From an uncultured Gammaproteobacteria bacterium (lineage in GTDB: Bacteria > Patescibacteriota > Patescibacteriia > UBA9934 > CAZDDW01): a stretch of DNA of 64,000 nucleotides. The notes below the pieces were generated by a model, which had not been told where the DNA came from, did no database searches, and was given only the letters and a program-made list of their open reading frames with translations. This document shows, one piece after another, positions 55,420-64,000 of the stretch. A program made the translations under genes and the position numbers. The stretch is from assembly GCA_965231015.1 (NCBI GenBank), contig OZ246408.1, forward strand, positions 481,237 to 545,236. Direction: 5' to 3'. Within the stretch, counting starts at the first letter, position 1; each line of letters begins with the position of its first letter.

Positions 55420-56320
55420 AAGTATTGAGTGATTGGATAATTTGTTGAGCGACCGCTTGAATGGCAGTAACCGCAACCGCATTTCCCAGTTGCTTCATTG
55501 CTTTCATGTCTGAAACTGGAAATTCAAAATCATCGGGGAAGCCCATCATTTTTTTACCTTCAACCGGTGAAAGTCGTTTTACTTTTCCTTTTACCATGTA
55601 TGAATCCCAGTTATGGCGATCATCAATTTTTGATCCTCGTCCACCAACACGAAGTGTATATCCGATTTTCTTTTCGCAAGGTGCGCCCCAAATGTCGGAC
55701 ATGGTTTTTTCGAGTTTGATTGGTTCCGGAAATTCAAATTTTATATTTGGATCTTTGAATCCGACCATAAATAGACGGGGTCGGTGTTGCGGAAGCCCAA
55801 AATCGGACGCTTTAACTATTTTGTAATGGAATGAATAGCCAAGATCATCGGTTATTGTTTTTTTAATAACTTCAAAAGTTTTTCCGTCGTCGTGATTCAA
55901 CAAGTGTCGAACATTTTCCAAAAAGAAAGCCGTCGGTTGTTTTTCTTTGATGATTCTTACTATGTCATGAAAAAGTGTTCCGCGAGTATCTGAAAAACCT
56001 TTTCTAAAGCCGGCTTGTGAGAATGGCTGACAAGGAAAACCACCCGTCAAAATATCAAAGTCGGGGATTTCTTTTTCATCTACCTTGGTAATGTCGCCTG
56101 CAAATAATTCTTTTCCTTCCGCAAAAAGGCCTTTTTTGAAAAGCTCAGGTTGGATTTTTTTGAAATTATGCTCGTATGTTTGGCGTGCGTGTTCGTCCCA
56201 TTCACTTACAAAAACGCATTTTGCACCCGCATTGTGAAAAGCCAAATGAAAACCACCTATTCCAGCGAACAGGTCAATGAAAGTGATTTCCCGTTTTTTC
56301 TTTTGAGTTTTCGCTTTCAT
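55403..56320 (-). CDS. DNA (cytosine-5)-methyltransferase (Dcm/HhaI-type, short TRD)
   Basis: Motif I is DLFAGIGGFHLAF, motif IV is GGFPCQPFSQAG, motif VI is FFLENV and motif X is QLGNAVAV. Confidence 0.9.
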   Translation of the reverse strand: MKAKTQKKKREITFIDLFAGIGGFHLAFHNAGAKCVFVSEWDEHARQTYEHNFKKIQPELFKKGLFAEGKELFAGDITKVDEKEIPDFDILTGGFPCQPFSQAGFRKGFSDTRGTLFHDIVRIIKEKQPTAFFLENVRHLLNHDDGKTFEVIKKTITDDLGYSFHYKIVKASDFGLPQHRPRLFMVGFKDPNIKFEFPEPIKLEKTMSDIWGAPCEKKIGYTLRVGGRGSKIDDRHNWDSYMVKGKVKRLSPVEGKKMMGFPDDFEFPVSDMKAMKQLGNAVAVTAIQAVAQQIIQSLNTYDHRK

Positions 56321-56322
56321 AG

Positions 56323-56532
56323 TTATTTTATTAAGTCGTTAATGTCCACTTCAAGTGCTTGCGCAATTTTTGTCATTGTTTCGATTGTTGGGTTTCCGTT
56401 GTTTCCTGATTCTAAAGTAACAATTGTATTGAGTGCGACATCAGCAAGTTTTGATAGTCGGTCTTGCGATATCCCTTTTTCGGTACGGATCTTTTTTAAG
56501 TTCTTACCTATGTTTGCAATGTTTGGTTTCAT
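56323..56532 (-). CDS. XRE-family HTH protein, R-M controller (C) protein candidate
   Basis: The sequence is MKPNIANIGKNLKKIRTEKGISQDRLSKLADVALNTIVTLESGNNGNPTIETMTKIAQALEVDINDLIK. It lies directly upstream of the MTase. The start was set at an internal ATG. Confidence 0.7.
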   Translation of the reverse strand: MKPNIANIGKNLKKIRTEKGISQDRLSKLADVALNTIVTLESGNNGNPTIETMTKIAQALEVDINDLIK

Positions 56533-56609
56533 ATACCAGTAGAATGTAATAGTTACACTGGTTGTATTGTATCGTGTCTGAAATGCTTGGTCAATTCTTA
56601 TAAATAAAT

Positions 56610-56705
56610 GTTCCGCCGACAGGCGGAACTCCATATATTCCCCTCATCAAAAAAGCGTTTCCGTAGCTTTGCGGAGGAAACACCATATTTCCCCTTATAA
56701 AAAAG
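56610..56705. promoter_or_regulatory. two tandem units of [GC hairpin + CCATATWTCCCCT motif] upstream of the C gene
   Basis: Unit 1 is GTTCCGCC gaca GGCGGAAC + tccatatattcccctcat. Unit 2 is GTTTCCG tagctttg CGGAGGAAAC + accatatttcccctta. Confidence 0.45.
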
Positions 56706-56840
56706 AAAAAGAAATTTGAAAATTTTTTAAAACAATTGGGCGATAGCCCAGAAAAGAAAAGGAATATTTCAGCTAACTCGTTTATATGTGAAGTAAAGTT
56801 CGGATAAAGTATGGATTTAAGATAATATCCGATCCTAATC

Positions 56841-58805
56841 TTACCTATTATCAAACCACCATGTAAAGATGTCACGGGCGATAGGGACGGCCACACTTGA
56901 TCCCTCCCCTCCGTTCTCAATCAATACGGCCATGGCGATTTCTGGCGACTCATATGGTCCAAACCCGGTAAACCAGGCGTGGTTTTCTGCGTCACCTCCG
57001 ACCTGAGCGGTTCCGGTTTTACCGGCCACCTTCTCAGAAGAACCGGCCATGTAACGGGCTGAACCATCAGTTACAGTTTGCCGCATTCCCGAGCGAACGA
57101 TTTCGATTGTATTGTCTGACACCACCTGATCATTAACTATGCTTGGTGGATTTATCACTTCCCCATCTTCTGCCCAAAAAGAGCGAATTACTCTTGGTTC
57201 ATAGAGTGTTCCACCGTTAGCAAACACGGTGGTCGATAAAGCCATTTGAAGCGGGGTCACCAATATATCTCCCTGTCCAATGGCTAAATGGTAAGTGTCA
57301 CCAATGTACCAGCGTTCACCCTTGACCTCCTCTTTCCATTCTTTGCTTGGTAGGAATCCAGTTGCTTCACCGGGTAAATCAATTCCGGTTTGGGAGCCGA
57401 GTCCAAACTTGGCCGCGTACTCAGTAATACGAGCAACTCCGAGACCAATAAAGTCATAATCTTCATGCCCACCTCCGACGATGTAGAAAAAAGTATTGAC
57501 GGAGTCAGCAATGGCTTTGCGAACATTTGTTATCCCGTGTCCACCTGCCCGCCAGTCAGGGAAAAACCATTCCGTTATTCTGACTCCTCCTACAGACAAG
57601 AAGCTGGTGCGCTCATCAATAATCCCTTCTTCTAGGGCGGCGCTGGCTACGATTGGTTTAAAAGTTGAGCCCGACGGGTATTCTCCAGAAATAGCTCGGA
57701 AGAACAGTGGCTGGTTATCATCATTGATTAAAGCCGAGTAATTTTCTGTGTCGATTCCACCAGAGAAGTCATTGCTGTCAAAAGATGGAAGGCTGACCAT
57801 TGATAGTACCTCGCCATTGTTTGGATCTATTACAACCACACTGGCTTTTCGGCTATTTGATGTTTTTTGGTATTCGATTAAACGGTCTTCGATGTATTCT
57901 TGAAGATCCGCATCAATACTCAGGCGGATATTGTAGCCATTCTGTGCTTCTTCATGAGTAAGCACGGTGACTTCTTGACCGAGCGCATCCACTTCCACAA
58001 TTTTTCTTCCCGGAATTCCTCGTAAAAAGGCCTCGTATGTTTTTTCGATTCCCTGCCGACCAATTTCTTCGCTACGACGGTATCCTTGTTCCAGGTACTG
58101 ATCAATTTCTTCTGCATTGATTTTACCCATGTAGCCAAGCAGATGGGAAAGAGACAGGGCTCGATCAGTGGCATAGTCACGCTTGGTGTTCAGATAAATT
58201 TTTACACCGCGCAAAAAATGGTTTGAAGTTGCCATGCGCAAGGCAGCCTCATAATCCATGTCACGAGCCACTGGAATAGGTTCTAATGGCACGGAGGAGT
58301 ACTCGGAAAGGAGATTTTCAATATCGAGTGGGTTTTGTCCGGTGGCTTCGGCAATGGTTTGAATCACCAAGGATCGCTCGTGCTCGTCTTCGGGTAGATC
58401 AGCCGCGGTGATTGCAACCGTAAAAGTGGAAACATTGTCTACCAGGGTGGAACCGTTTCGGTCGTACACTACCCCGCGCATTGGTGAAATAACCTCAATA
58501 CGAATCCGATTCCCTTCAGCTAACACTCGATAGTTGCCCCCTTCAATAACCTGAAGTTGAGCCGCCCTCCCCATAAAAATTCCGAAAACCAGTATGGTTA
58601 TGACGAGCAAATTTCGTAAAGTTTTCTTTTTTACTGTTTTGCTGATGTACTCACTCGAACGCGTTTCTTTAGTTTCCGTGATGATAGCCTCATTAATTTC
58701 ATGTTCCCGGTCTTCCTTATCCAAATTATAATTTTTAAAAACGTCCTTTTCTATTCCAAAAGGGTTAATAGATTGGTTAGATTGTCGGTGTTTAAACCAC
58801 TTCAT
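56841..58805 (-). CDS. mrdA: penicillin-binding protein 2 / peptidoglycan D,D-transpeptidase (MrdA/FtsI class B PBP)
   Basis: It has the dimerisation domain and a transpeptidase with SxxK (PSGSTFKP) and KTGT motifs. It is adjacent to mreBCD. Confidence 0.85.
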   Translation of the reverse strand: MKWFKHRQSNQSINPFGIEKDVFKNYNLDKEDREHEINEAIITETKETRSSEYISKTVKKKTLRNLLVITILVFGIFMGRAAQLQVIEGGNYRVLAEGNRIRIEVISPMRGVVYDRNGSTLVDNVSTFTVAITAADLPEDEHERSLVIQTIAEATGQNPLDIENLLSEYSSVPLEPIPVARDMDYEAALRMATSNHFLRGVKIYLNTKRDYATDRALSLSHLLGYMGKINAEEIDQYLEQGYRRSEEIGRQGIEKTYEAFLRGIPGRKIVEVDALGQEVTVLTHEEAQNGYNIRLSIDADLQEYIEDRLIEYQKTSNSRKASVVVIDPNNGEVLSMVSLPSFDSNDFSGGIDTENYSALINDDNQPLFFRAISGEYPSGSTFKPIVASAALEEGIIDERTSFLSVGGVRITEWFFPDWRAGGHGITNVRKAIADSVNTFFYIVGGGHEDYDFIGLGVARITEYAAKFGLGSQTGIDLPGEATGFLPSKEWKEEVKGERWYIGDTYHLAIGQGDILVTPLQMALSTTVFANGGTLYEPRVIRSFWAEDGEVINPPSIVNDQVVSDNTIEIVRSGMRQTVTDGSARYMAGSSEKVAGKTGTAQVGGDAENHAWFTGFGPYESPEIAMAVLIENGGEGSSVAVPIARDIFTWWFDNR

Positions 58806-59317
58806 GAGTTTGTGCGGCGTAAGGCCAGGCTTTTACGTAAGGTTTGGTTAGTTTGAAACACCAGAAAGGTGAGAACAATGAAAGAAAATGTTTGTGCGGT
58901 TAGGTAGACTAGATTTTGGGTCAGGTTAATTTCAGTATTAAGGAAGAAGGAAGTAATGGCGTGAAAACCAAAATGAATTGCAAAAACAGCAAGCAAGGTT
59001 AGAAGTCCGCAACCTATAATTCCGTAAAGAGAGCGGTTTGAGAAAATACTTCTGGACAGCAGAAAGGCCAGCATACCAGCAACAAAATAAATAATTGTTT
59101 CTCCTGGCATGTATCCGATTTGCAATATGTCCAGATACAGTCCATAACCAACAAGCCACCAAATGCCCATGGTTGAGCCGCGGTGCTGAATTACATAAAT
59201 TGCTGCGGTAAATAATAAAGGGGTGTAAGCAAGAGGTGCACCAAGTGATGCGAAAAAACTGGTCTCTACAGCAGTGAGAAAAAGTAAGGTAAAAAATGCC
59301 AGAAAGATACTTGTCAT
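58802..59317 (-). CDS. mreD: rod shape-determining protein MreD
   Basis: It is a 171-aa polytopic membrane protein directly after mreC. Confidence 0.7.
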   Translation of the reverse strand: MTSIFLAFFTLLFLTAVETSFFASLGAPLAYTPLLFTAAIYVIQHRGSTMGIWWLVGYGLYLDILQIGYMPGETIIYFVAGMLAFLLSRSIFSNRSLYGIIGCGLLTLLAVFAIHFGFHAITSFFLNTEINLTQNLVYLTAQTFSFIVLTFLVFQTNQTLRKSLALRRTNS

Positions 59318-59318
59318 A

Positions 59319-60113
59319 TTAAGGTTCTGTAATCACGGTTACGAATTGATATCGTCGGTAATCAATGACCGGTTCAATTACCGCTGATTTAAACGGGTCA
59401 GTATCAGATGAAGTGATTGAGTTGATGATACCAATAGCCAGGCCGTATGGTACTGCTTCTTCCAGTCCTGAAGTCACCACGATTTCATTTATGTTCAATT
59501 CTGTTTCTTGAGGAATGAATTGGAAGTCAAGTAAAAATCCGGATGAACCCTCAACTAATCCCAGAGTTCGGTCTTTGTTTAAAATGGTGGCGGCTGTACT
59601 GCTAGCTCGGTCAGAGAGAAAACGTACTGTAGAGGTTGTATTAGTGGTGGCCATTATCTTGCCCAATAAAACACCACTATCAACAATGACCGGATCACCC
59701 GGTTCAATTCCTGCGTCTGACCCCTGATCAAGCGTGGCGGTGTTAGAGTTAGGAGAAATGGAACGGGTTGTGATCGCGGCAGTGATTGAATCATTTTCGT
59801 GTTCAAATAGATATTCAAGTTGTAACTTCAAAGAAGCGTTTTCATCACGTAAAGTTTCCAGTTCAGATTGGTAAACTGCGAATGACTCCAGTTTATTTTT
59901 TAGATCCCGGTTCTCACTGACCAGGGCCGACCGGGTTTGAAAAAAATCTGAGGTTCCCTGGAGCCAAGTTCCAGCACTCACCAGAGGTCGTTGAATCAGG
60001 GCTAATCCTTTGGCAGCCTGTCCACTGATTAGTAAAACCAACAATATTAAGACCGCACCAATCAACATGACGGTAAACGTCCGTCTCATTTTTTTGGCCG
60101 GCCTTATATTCAT
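59319..60113 (-). CDS. mreC: rod shape-determining protein MreC
   Basis: It has an N-terminal TM segment, a coiled coil and a beta-domain, and follows mreB. Confidence 0.8.
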   Translation of the reverse strand: MNIRPAKKMRRTFTVMLIGAVLILLVLLISGQAAKGLALIQRPLVSAGTWLQGTSDFFQTRSALVSENRDLKNKLESFAVYQSELETLRDENASLKLQLEYLFEHENDSITAAITTRSISPNSNTATLDQGSDAGIEPGDPVIVDSGVLLGKIMATTNTTSTVRFLSDRASSTAATILNKDRTLGLVEGSSGFLLDFQFIPQETELNINEIVVTSGLEEAVPYGLAIGIINSITSSDTDPFKSAVIEPVIDYRRYQFVTVITEP

Positions 60114-60121
60114 GGAATTTT

Positions 60122-61174
60122 TTAAATGATTCCCTGATCAGTGGTGGAAGGAAGGGTTACGTCAGAAAGCAACGATTGATTATCTAGTAGAGCGCCCGCT
60201 CCCCGAGCAACACAGGTGAGCGGGTCTTCAGCAATGCGTACCGGAATTTGTGCGGCTTCTGCAATTGCCTTGTCTAGTCCGCGTAGTAACGCTCCCCCAC
60301 CGGTCAACACAATACCGCGTTCATAAATGTCTGCAACCAATTCTGGTGGGGTGACTTCAAGGGTTGATTTAATGTTGTCAATGATAGTTTTGATTGATTT
60401 TCCGATTGCGTCTCTCACTTCTTCGTCAGTGACCAATAATTCTTTCGGTAAACCGGTGATCAAGTCTCGACCACGCATTTGCATCTCAAGGCCTTCTTCA
60501 AGCTCAATGATTGAGCCGATTCGTATTTTTACCTGTTCGGCTACCCGTTCTCCGAGTAAAAGATTGAAGTTTTCCCGAGCGTATTGGATGATATTTTTAT
60601 TTAATTCTTCTCCGGCAATAGAAAGTGACTTCCAGGTTACCACGCCAGAAAGTGAAATTACAGCAATCTCAGTGGTACCACCTCCAATATCAACAATCAT
60701 TGAGCCAACTGAATCAGTCACTGGTAAACGTGCTCCGATCGCCGCCAGCATTGGCTCTTCAACCAAGTGGACGGAGCGGGCTCCGGCTGAAAGTACAGCG
60801 TCTTCAGCGGCCTTACGTTCCACTTCTGTGATCTCTAAAGGCACTCCAATAACCACGTTCGGACGTGGCACAATAGTGAAAGATTCCTGGTGAACACTAT
60901 CAATGAAATACTTTAACATCTTCTCTGCTACTTCAAAATCAGAAATAACTCCCTTGTTTAGTGGCTTTGTAATTTTGATATGCGGAGGAGTTTTACCAAG
61001 CATATCCTTGGCATCCTTTCCAACAGCCACTATTTGATCAGTCCTGGTGTTGATAGCCACAACAGAGGGTTCATTTATTATGATCCCCTTCTCTTTTACA
61101 AAAACTAACGTGTTGGCGGTTCCAAGGTCTATTCCCAAATCTTTTGAAAAGCGTCCAAACAGTTTTCCAAGCAT
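60122..61174 (-). CDS. mreB: rod shape-determining protein MreB (actin homologue)
   Basis: The motifs LGIDLGTANTLVF and DIGGGTTEIAVISL match the actin fold. Confidence 0.95.
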   Translation of the reverse strand: MLGKLFGRFSKDLGIDLGTANTLVFVKEKGIIINEPSVVAINTRTDQIVAVGKDAKDMLGKTPPHIKITKPLNKGVISDFEVAEKMLKYFIDSVHQESFTIVPRPNVVIGVPLEITEVERKAAEDAVLSAGARSVHLVEEPMLAAIGARLPVTDSVGSMIVDIGGGTTEIAVISLSGVVTWKSLSIAGEELNKNIIQYARENFNLLLGERVAEQVKIRIGSIIELEEGLEMQMRGRDLITGLPKELLVTDEEVRDAIGKSIKTIIDNIKSTLEVTPPELVADIYERGIVLTGGGALLRGLDKAIAEAAQIPVRIAEDPLTCVARGAGALLDNQSLLSDVTLPSTTDQGII

Positions 61175-61277
61175 ATTTCATTAAAGTCCCGTTCGACGGG
61201 ATATAAAAAATAAAGGCATTATTGAGCCTTCATTTTAACTCATCTAAACCTTGGTGGCAAGACAAAATTGGATACAA

Positions 61278-61679
61278 TTATTGTTCAGGGGTGTGTGTTC
61301 TACTGGTTCTTTTAGCAGTCAAGAAAAATAGTTCCAATAGACTCAAAACGATGATGATGAGTAGTCCTGCCCACCAGTACAAAATATCTCGTGAAAGCAG
61401 GATAAGGGATCCTGCAAGAAGCGCCGCAAACCAAATTGCTTGGCGAAATGAGACAGTAACTTCCCTACTGATAACGTCTGGACGTTTTACTAGAACACGT
61501 AGGCTGACTCCTGCGATTGAGAACGATCCGATTAATGCGACAGCGAGAGTAAGATAAAAAAATAAAAAACCGACAATCGAAGTTTCAACCGGGTCAATCG
61601 TAAACAAAGTTACAGCCCAGGTAATCCATGCGCCGATCGTTCCAATACTCATTACTAATAAGAAATGTTTAAACGTCAT
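61278..61679 (-). CDS. hypothetical membrane protein (4 TM)
   Basis: It is a hydrophobic 133-aa ORF. Confidence 0.45.
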   Translation of the reverse strand: MTFKHFLLVMSIGTIGAWITWAVTLFTIDPVETSIVGFLFFYLTLAVALIGSFSIAGVSLRVLVKRPDVISREVTVSFRQAIWFAALLAGSLILLSRDILYWWAGLLIIIVLSLLELFFLTAKRTSRTHTPEQ

Positions 61680-62014
61680 GTGATTAGCAACCCATCATCA
61701 TCGTACCATAAATCAGCTTCAGTTTTAATACGTGTTCTGACTTGCTTCAGATTCATTTCAGGAATCGCTCGGTGCATGTAATTGCGAAGTTCATTTTCAT
61801 GGCTCACGATCTCATTAGCCACCACGCTTGAGGTACAGTCGATATTTAAAGTCCCGAATTTATAACTGCAAGCTCGAGCAAGTCGATACTGCTCCCCAAG
61901 CAAATCTTTTAAATACACATTACAGGTATCAATAATCCCAGACGCTTCAAGCTGCCGCCCAATTTTAGCGCGGTTGACAGAGTCTTGGAGGTAATTACTA
62001 AGTGGCTTCATCAT
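61676..62014 (-). CDS. DUF721/DciA-like small protein (tentative)
   Basis: This 112-aa protein has a pattern (YLKDLLGEQ...ARACSYKFGTLNIDCTSSVVANEI) compatible with the DciA/DUF721 family. The assignment is weak. Confidence 0.35.
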   Translation of the reverse strand: MMKPLSNYLQDSVNRAKIGRQLEASGIIDTCNVYLKDLLGEQYRLARACSYKFGTLNIDCTSSVVANEIVSHENELRNYMHRAIPEMNLKQVRTRIKTEADLWYDDDGLLIT

Positions 62015-64000
62015 AACTTTCTAAACTCACAAATATCCTTAAAGTCGCAGAATTGGCAGGAGAAACCTGGAGTGGCGTCGAACTTGCTCGCCTTAATCTT
62101 ATCATAAAACTGATTCATTTTGTCACGGAGCTTATCGAGCTCTTTTTCGGTTCCGAGAAACGAGATCTGCGAGTTATCCTCAAGGTAGTGAAAAGTAAGT
62201 TTAACTGGTTGGTAACCGAGCGACTCGGCCGCGGCGAGCTGGTAAATCAAGAGTTGTTCTTTGTCATCGAAGGTGAGTTTTTCTTTTGGTTTGCCGGTCT
62301 TGTAATCTATAATCTCAACCCCGCCTTCAGCTTCGTCAATCCTATCGATCCGTCCTTTGATCACCAAGTCCTCATGCTTCAAAGTGAAGCCAGCCTCAAG
62401 GGCGATTGGCTTTGGTTGCTCGGTTTCGATCTGCTTGTAAAAGTCTTTAAGGGTCTTTCTTCCGGTGGCTCGGTACTCTTCCCTGAGTCCATCATTCGGG
62501 TACCACTCATCGATCCAGTGTTCCTTGTATATTTCTAGTAGCTCATCGACTCCAACTGGAATCGCATCGGTCGGTGCTTCCTCTCCCTCACCAAATAAAT
62601 CTTGCTGTGAGTTTTTGGTCCGCTCAATCCATCGTCTAAAGTATTCTTGTAAAGTGTTGTGCATGGTTTTTCCAAAAGACATTTGATATTTACCAAGCAC
62701 TGGAATTTTAAGTAGGTGTGCGAACTTGTATTGTAACGGACAGGTATTAAAGGCTCGGATTTGGGTGAATGAGAACTGTTTTGGAAGCTGGTATGTAATT
62801 TTGTTGTACTTGCCTTCCGTAGCCTTGGCGGAGGATGGGTCTTCGAACGGCCCAACCGCTTCCGTTGGTTTGGTCGAATCATTAATTAGTCCGATCTCGT
62901 GCAGGAAGCGCGACATTTTACGCTTACGAACACCGCCATAGTCTTCTGCAGAGGTCAGATACAGCTCGTCTTTGGCTCGTGTGACCGCGACATAAAATAA
63001 TCGACGTTCTTCTTCTAGATGAACATCTCCTTCTGGTACCCTGTCTTTAATCAGTCCATCCGGTAATGGAATAGCTTCCTTGCGTTCACTTGTCGGAAAG
63101 CGTCGGTCGATCAAGTTGGTCACAAAAATATATTTGAACTCCAACCCTTTTGAACCATGCACGGTCATAATTTTCACCGTGTCCGGTCCGGTCTCAATGT
63201 CGAACTGCAGGCTTCCCTCTTCTCCGGCAGAACGTTCATGCTCAAATTCGGCTAAGAAGTTTTTAAGAACCGGGTGGTCGTGCCGGGCCTCGAATCGTTT
63301 AACGCGCTCAAAAAACTGATGCAGGTAGCGAAACGAGTCATGTTTGGTTTGTTCGTCTAGTCCGTTAATCCATTCTAAGAGCCCGGTCTTCTGCACTGTG
63401 TTCACTATAATCTCGGTAACGTTTTTGGTTTTAGCTTCTTGAGAGAGTTCGTTTGTAATCGAGATCACGTTTTCAATCTTGCTAGCAGTCTCTTCTTTGA
63501 TTCCGTCTACTGCTCGAATCGTTTTTAAGATATCGAAACTAGTCTTTCCTGCTTTATCAGCCTCTAAGTTCAGTTTCGCGATCTCTTCGTGGCTGATATC
63601 AAACATGGGGTGGGTCAGAAGGCGGTACCAAGCCGGGCTGTTGTATGGGTTGTCGATGATATTGAGATAAGCTACCAAGTCCATAACAGTGGGTTTCGTG
63701 TATAGTCCTCGCAAAGCCAGAAATTGATACGGGATACCGCGGCGTTCAAGCGCAGATAAAAAGTCGTTAGCTGCATCGTTGGCTCGAACCAGGATTCCAA
63801 AGTCGCTCCAAAGGGCATCGGGGTTCTCGGTTCTAATTTTCATGATTTGGTCAGCTACTCCTTCGATCTCTTGTTCAAGTGTTACATAGTGCAAGTGTTC
63901 AATTTTGCCCTCGTGATTAAGTTGAGATGCGAGTTCTTTGGAAAGTCCCTCCCGTTCTAAACGATTCGGGTTGTTCATCTGTATAAACTTGTAAGCATGG
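62011..64000 (-). CDS. UvrD/PcrA-like helicase C-terminal half fused to PD-(D/E)xK nuclease with Cas4/AddB-like Cys cluster (5' partial; continues beyond window)
   Basis: Helicase motifs V-VI are present (TVHGSKGLEF, FYVAVTRAKDEL). The nuclease has GRIDRID...IIDYKTGK and terminal CQFCDFKDIC. The frame is open at the window edge. Confidence 0.8.
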   Translation of the reverse strand, partial: HAYKFIQMNNPNRLEREGLSKELASQLNHEGKIEHLHYVTLEQEIEGVADQIMKIRTENPDALWSDFGILVRANDAANDFLSALERRGIPYQFLALRGLYTKPTVMDLVAYLNIIDNPYNSPAWYRLLTHPMFDISHEEIAKLNLEADKAGKTSFDILKTIRAVDGIKEETASKIENVISITNELSQEAKTKNVTEIIVNTVQKTGLLEWINGLDEQTKHDSFRYLHQFFERVKRFEARHDHPVLKNFLAEFEHERSAGEEGSLQFDIETGPDTVKIMTVHGSKGLEFKYIFVTNLIDRRFPTSERKEAIPLPDGLIKDRVPEGDVHLEEERRLFYVAVTRAKDELYLTSAEDYGGVRKRKMSRFLHEIGLINDSTKPTEAVGPFEDPSSAKATEGKYNKITYQLPKQFSFTQIRAFNTCPLQYKFAHLLKIPVLGKYQMSFGKTMHNTLQEYFRRWIERTKNSQQDLFGEGEEAPTDAIPVGVDELLEIYKEHWIDEWYPNDGLREEYRATGRKTLKDFYKQIETEQPKPIALEAGFTLKHEDLVIKGRIDRIDEAEGGVEIIDYKTGKPKEKLTFDDKEQLLIYQLAAAESLGYQPVKLTFHYLEDNSQISFLGTEKELDKLRDKMNQFYDKIKASKFDATPGFSCQFCDFKDICEFRKL

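Noticed and set aside
55461-55826. Plus-strand ORFs overlapping the C5-MTase and REase (55073..55384, 55219..55428, 55461..55826, 55498..55719)
   Set aside because: They are antisense to strongly supported minus-strand genes.

Overview
This is an AT-rich, gene-dense bacterial chromosome segment. The gene content is reminiscent of small-genome Patescibacteria/CPR-like or Gram-positive-like bacteria, but lineage was not established.

The left third (0-6.2 kb) holds alaS followed by the tail of a ribosomal/RNAP operon: infA-rpmJ-rpsM-rpsK-rpsD-rpoA-rplQ, then rplM-rpsI. Next comes a cell-envelope polysaccharide cluster (7.2-15.9 kb): Wzx flippase, one GT4 and two GT2 glycosyltransferases, and an O-antigen-ligase-like protein. 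The middle holds core genes: fmt-def-priA, clpB with a perfect CIRCE operator, thpR, a TagA/WecG-like gene, gltX, an M23 peptidase, and pgi-ftsQ-alr-serS-lysS-greA. The right end holds mrdA(PBP2)-mreDCB and a UvrD-like helicase-nuclease.

The most unusual region is a ~13.7 kb accessory/defence island (43.1-56.8 kb) inserted between greA and the PBP2/mreBCD cluster. All but one of its genes are on the minus strand. It contains:
- an EcoRI-family type II R-M pair whose endonuclease gene carries a frameshift in a T5/A5 run;
- a controller-protein / C5-methyltransferase / restriction-endonuclease operon, immediately followed by a Ppl-like PHP-domain + SMC/ABC-ATPase fusion gene;
- a disrupted AAA_21-type ATPase, a NUDIX hydrolase and an ANT(4')-like nucleotidyltransferase;
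- several unknown small genes.

The island is punctuated by a previously unrecognisable family of GC-rich, hairpin-rich modular repeat elements: three near-identical ~300 bp copies plus partial copies. Each sits in an intergenic gap of the unidirectional gene array, giving a cassette-like architecture.

Other notable items:
- a ~0.5 kb GC-rich probable ncRNA (16.6-17.2 kb) with a consensus TTGACA-17-TATATT promoter and tandem terminators, of unknown class;
- two paralogous wHTH + Cas2-fold (PaaX-like) mini-proteins, one of them flanked by a 36-bp repeat;
- a conserved palindromic leader element shared by two glycosyltransferase genes;
- a Cys-rich heptad-repeat protein co-transcribed with a conserved unknown protein;
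- a LysRS-HD-domain fusion;
- an RpoA lacking the alpha-CTD.

No CRISPR array, rRNA or recognisable transposase/integrase was found.
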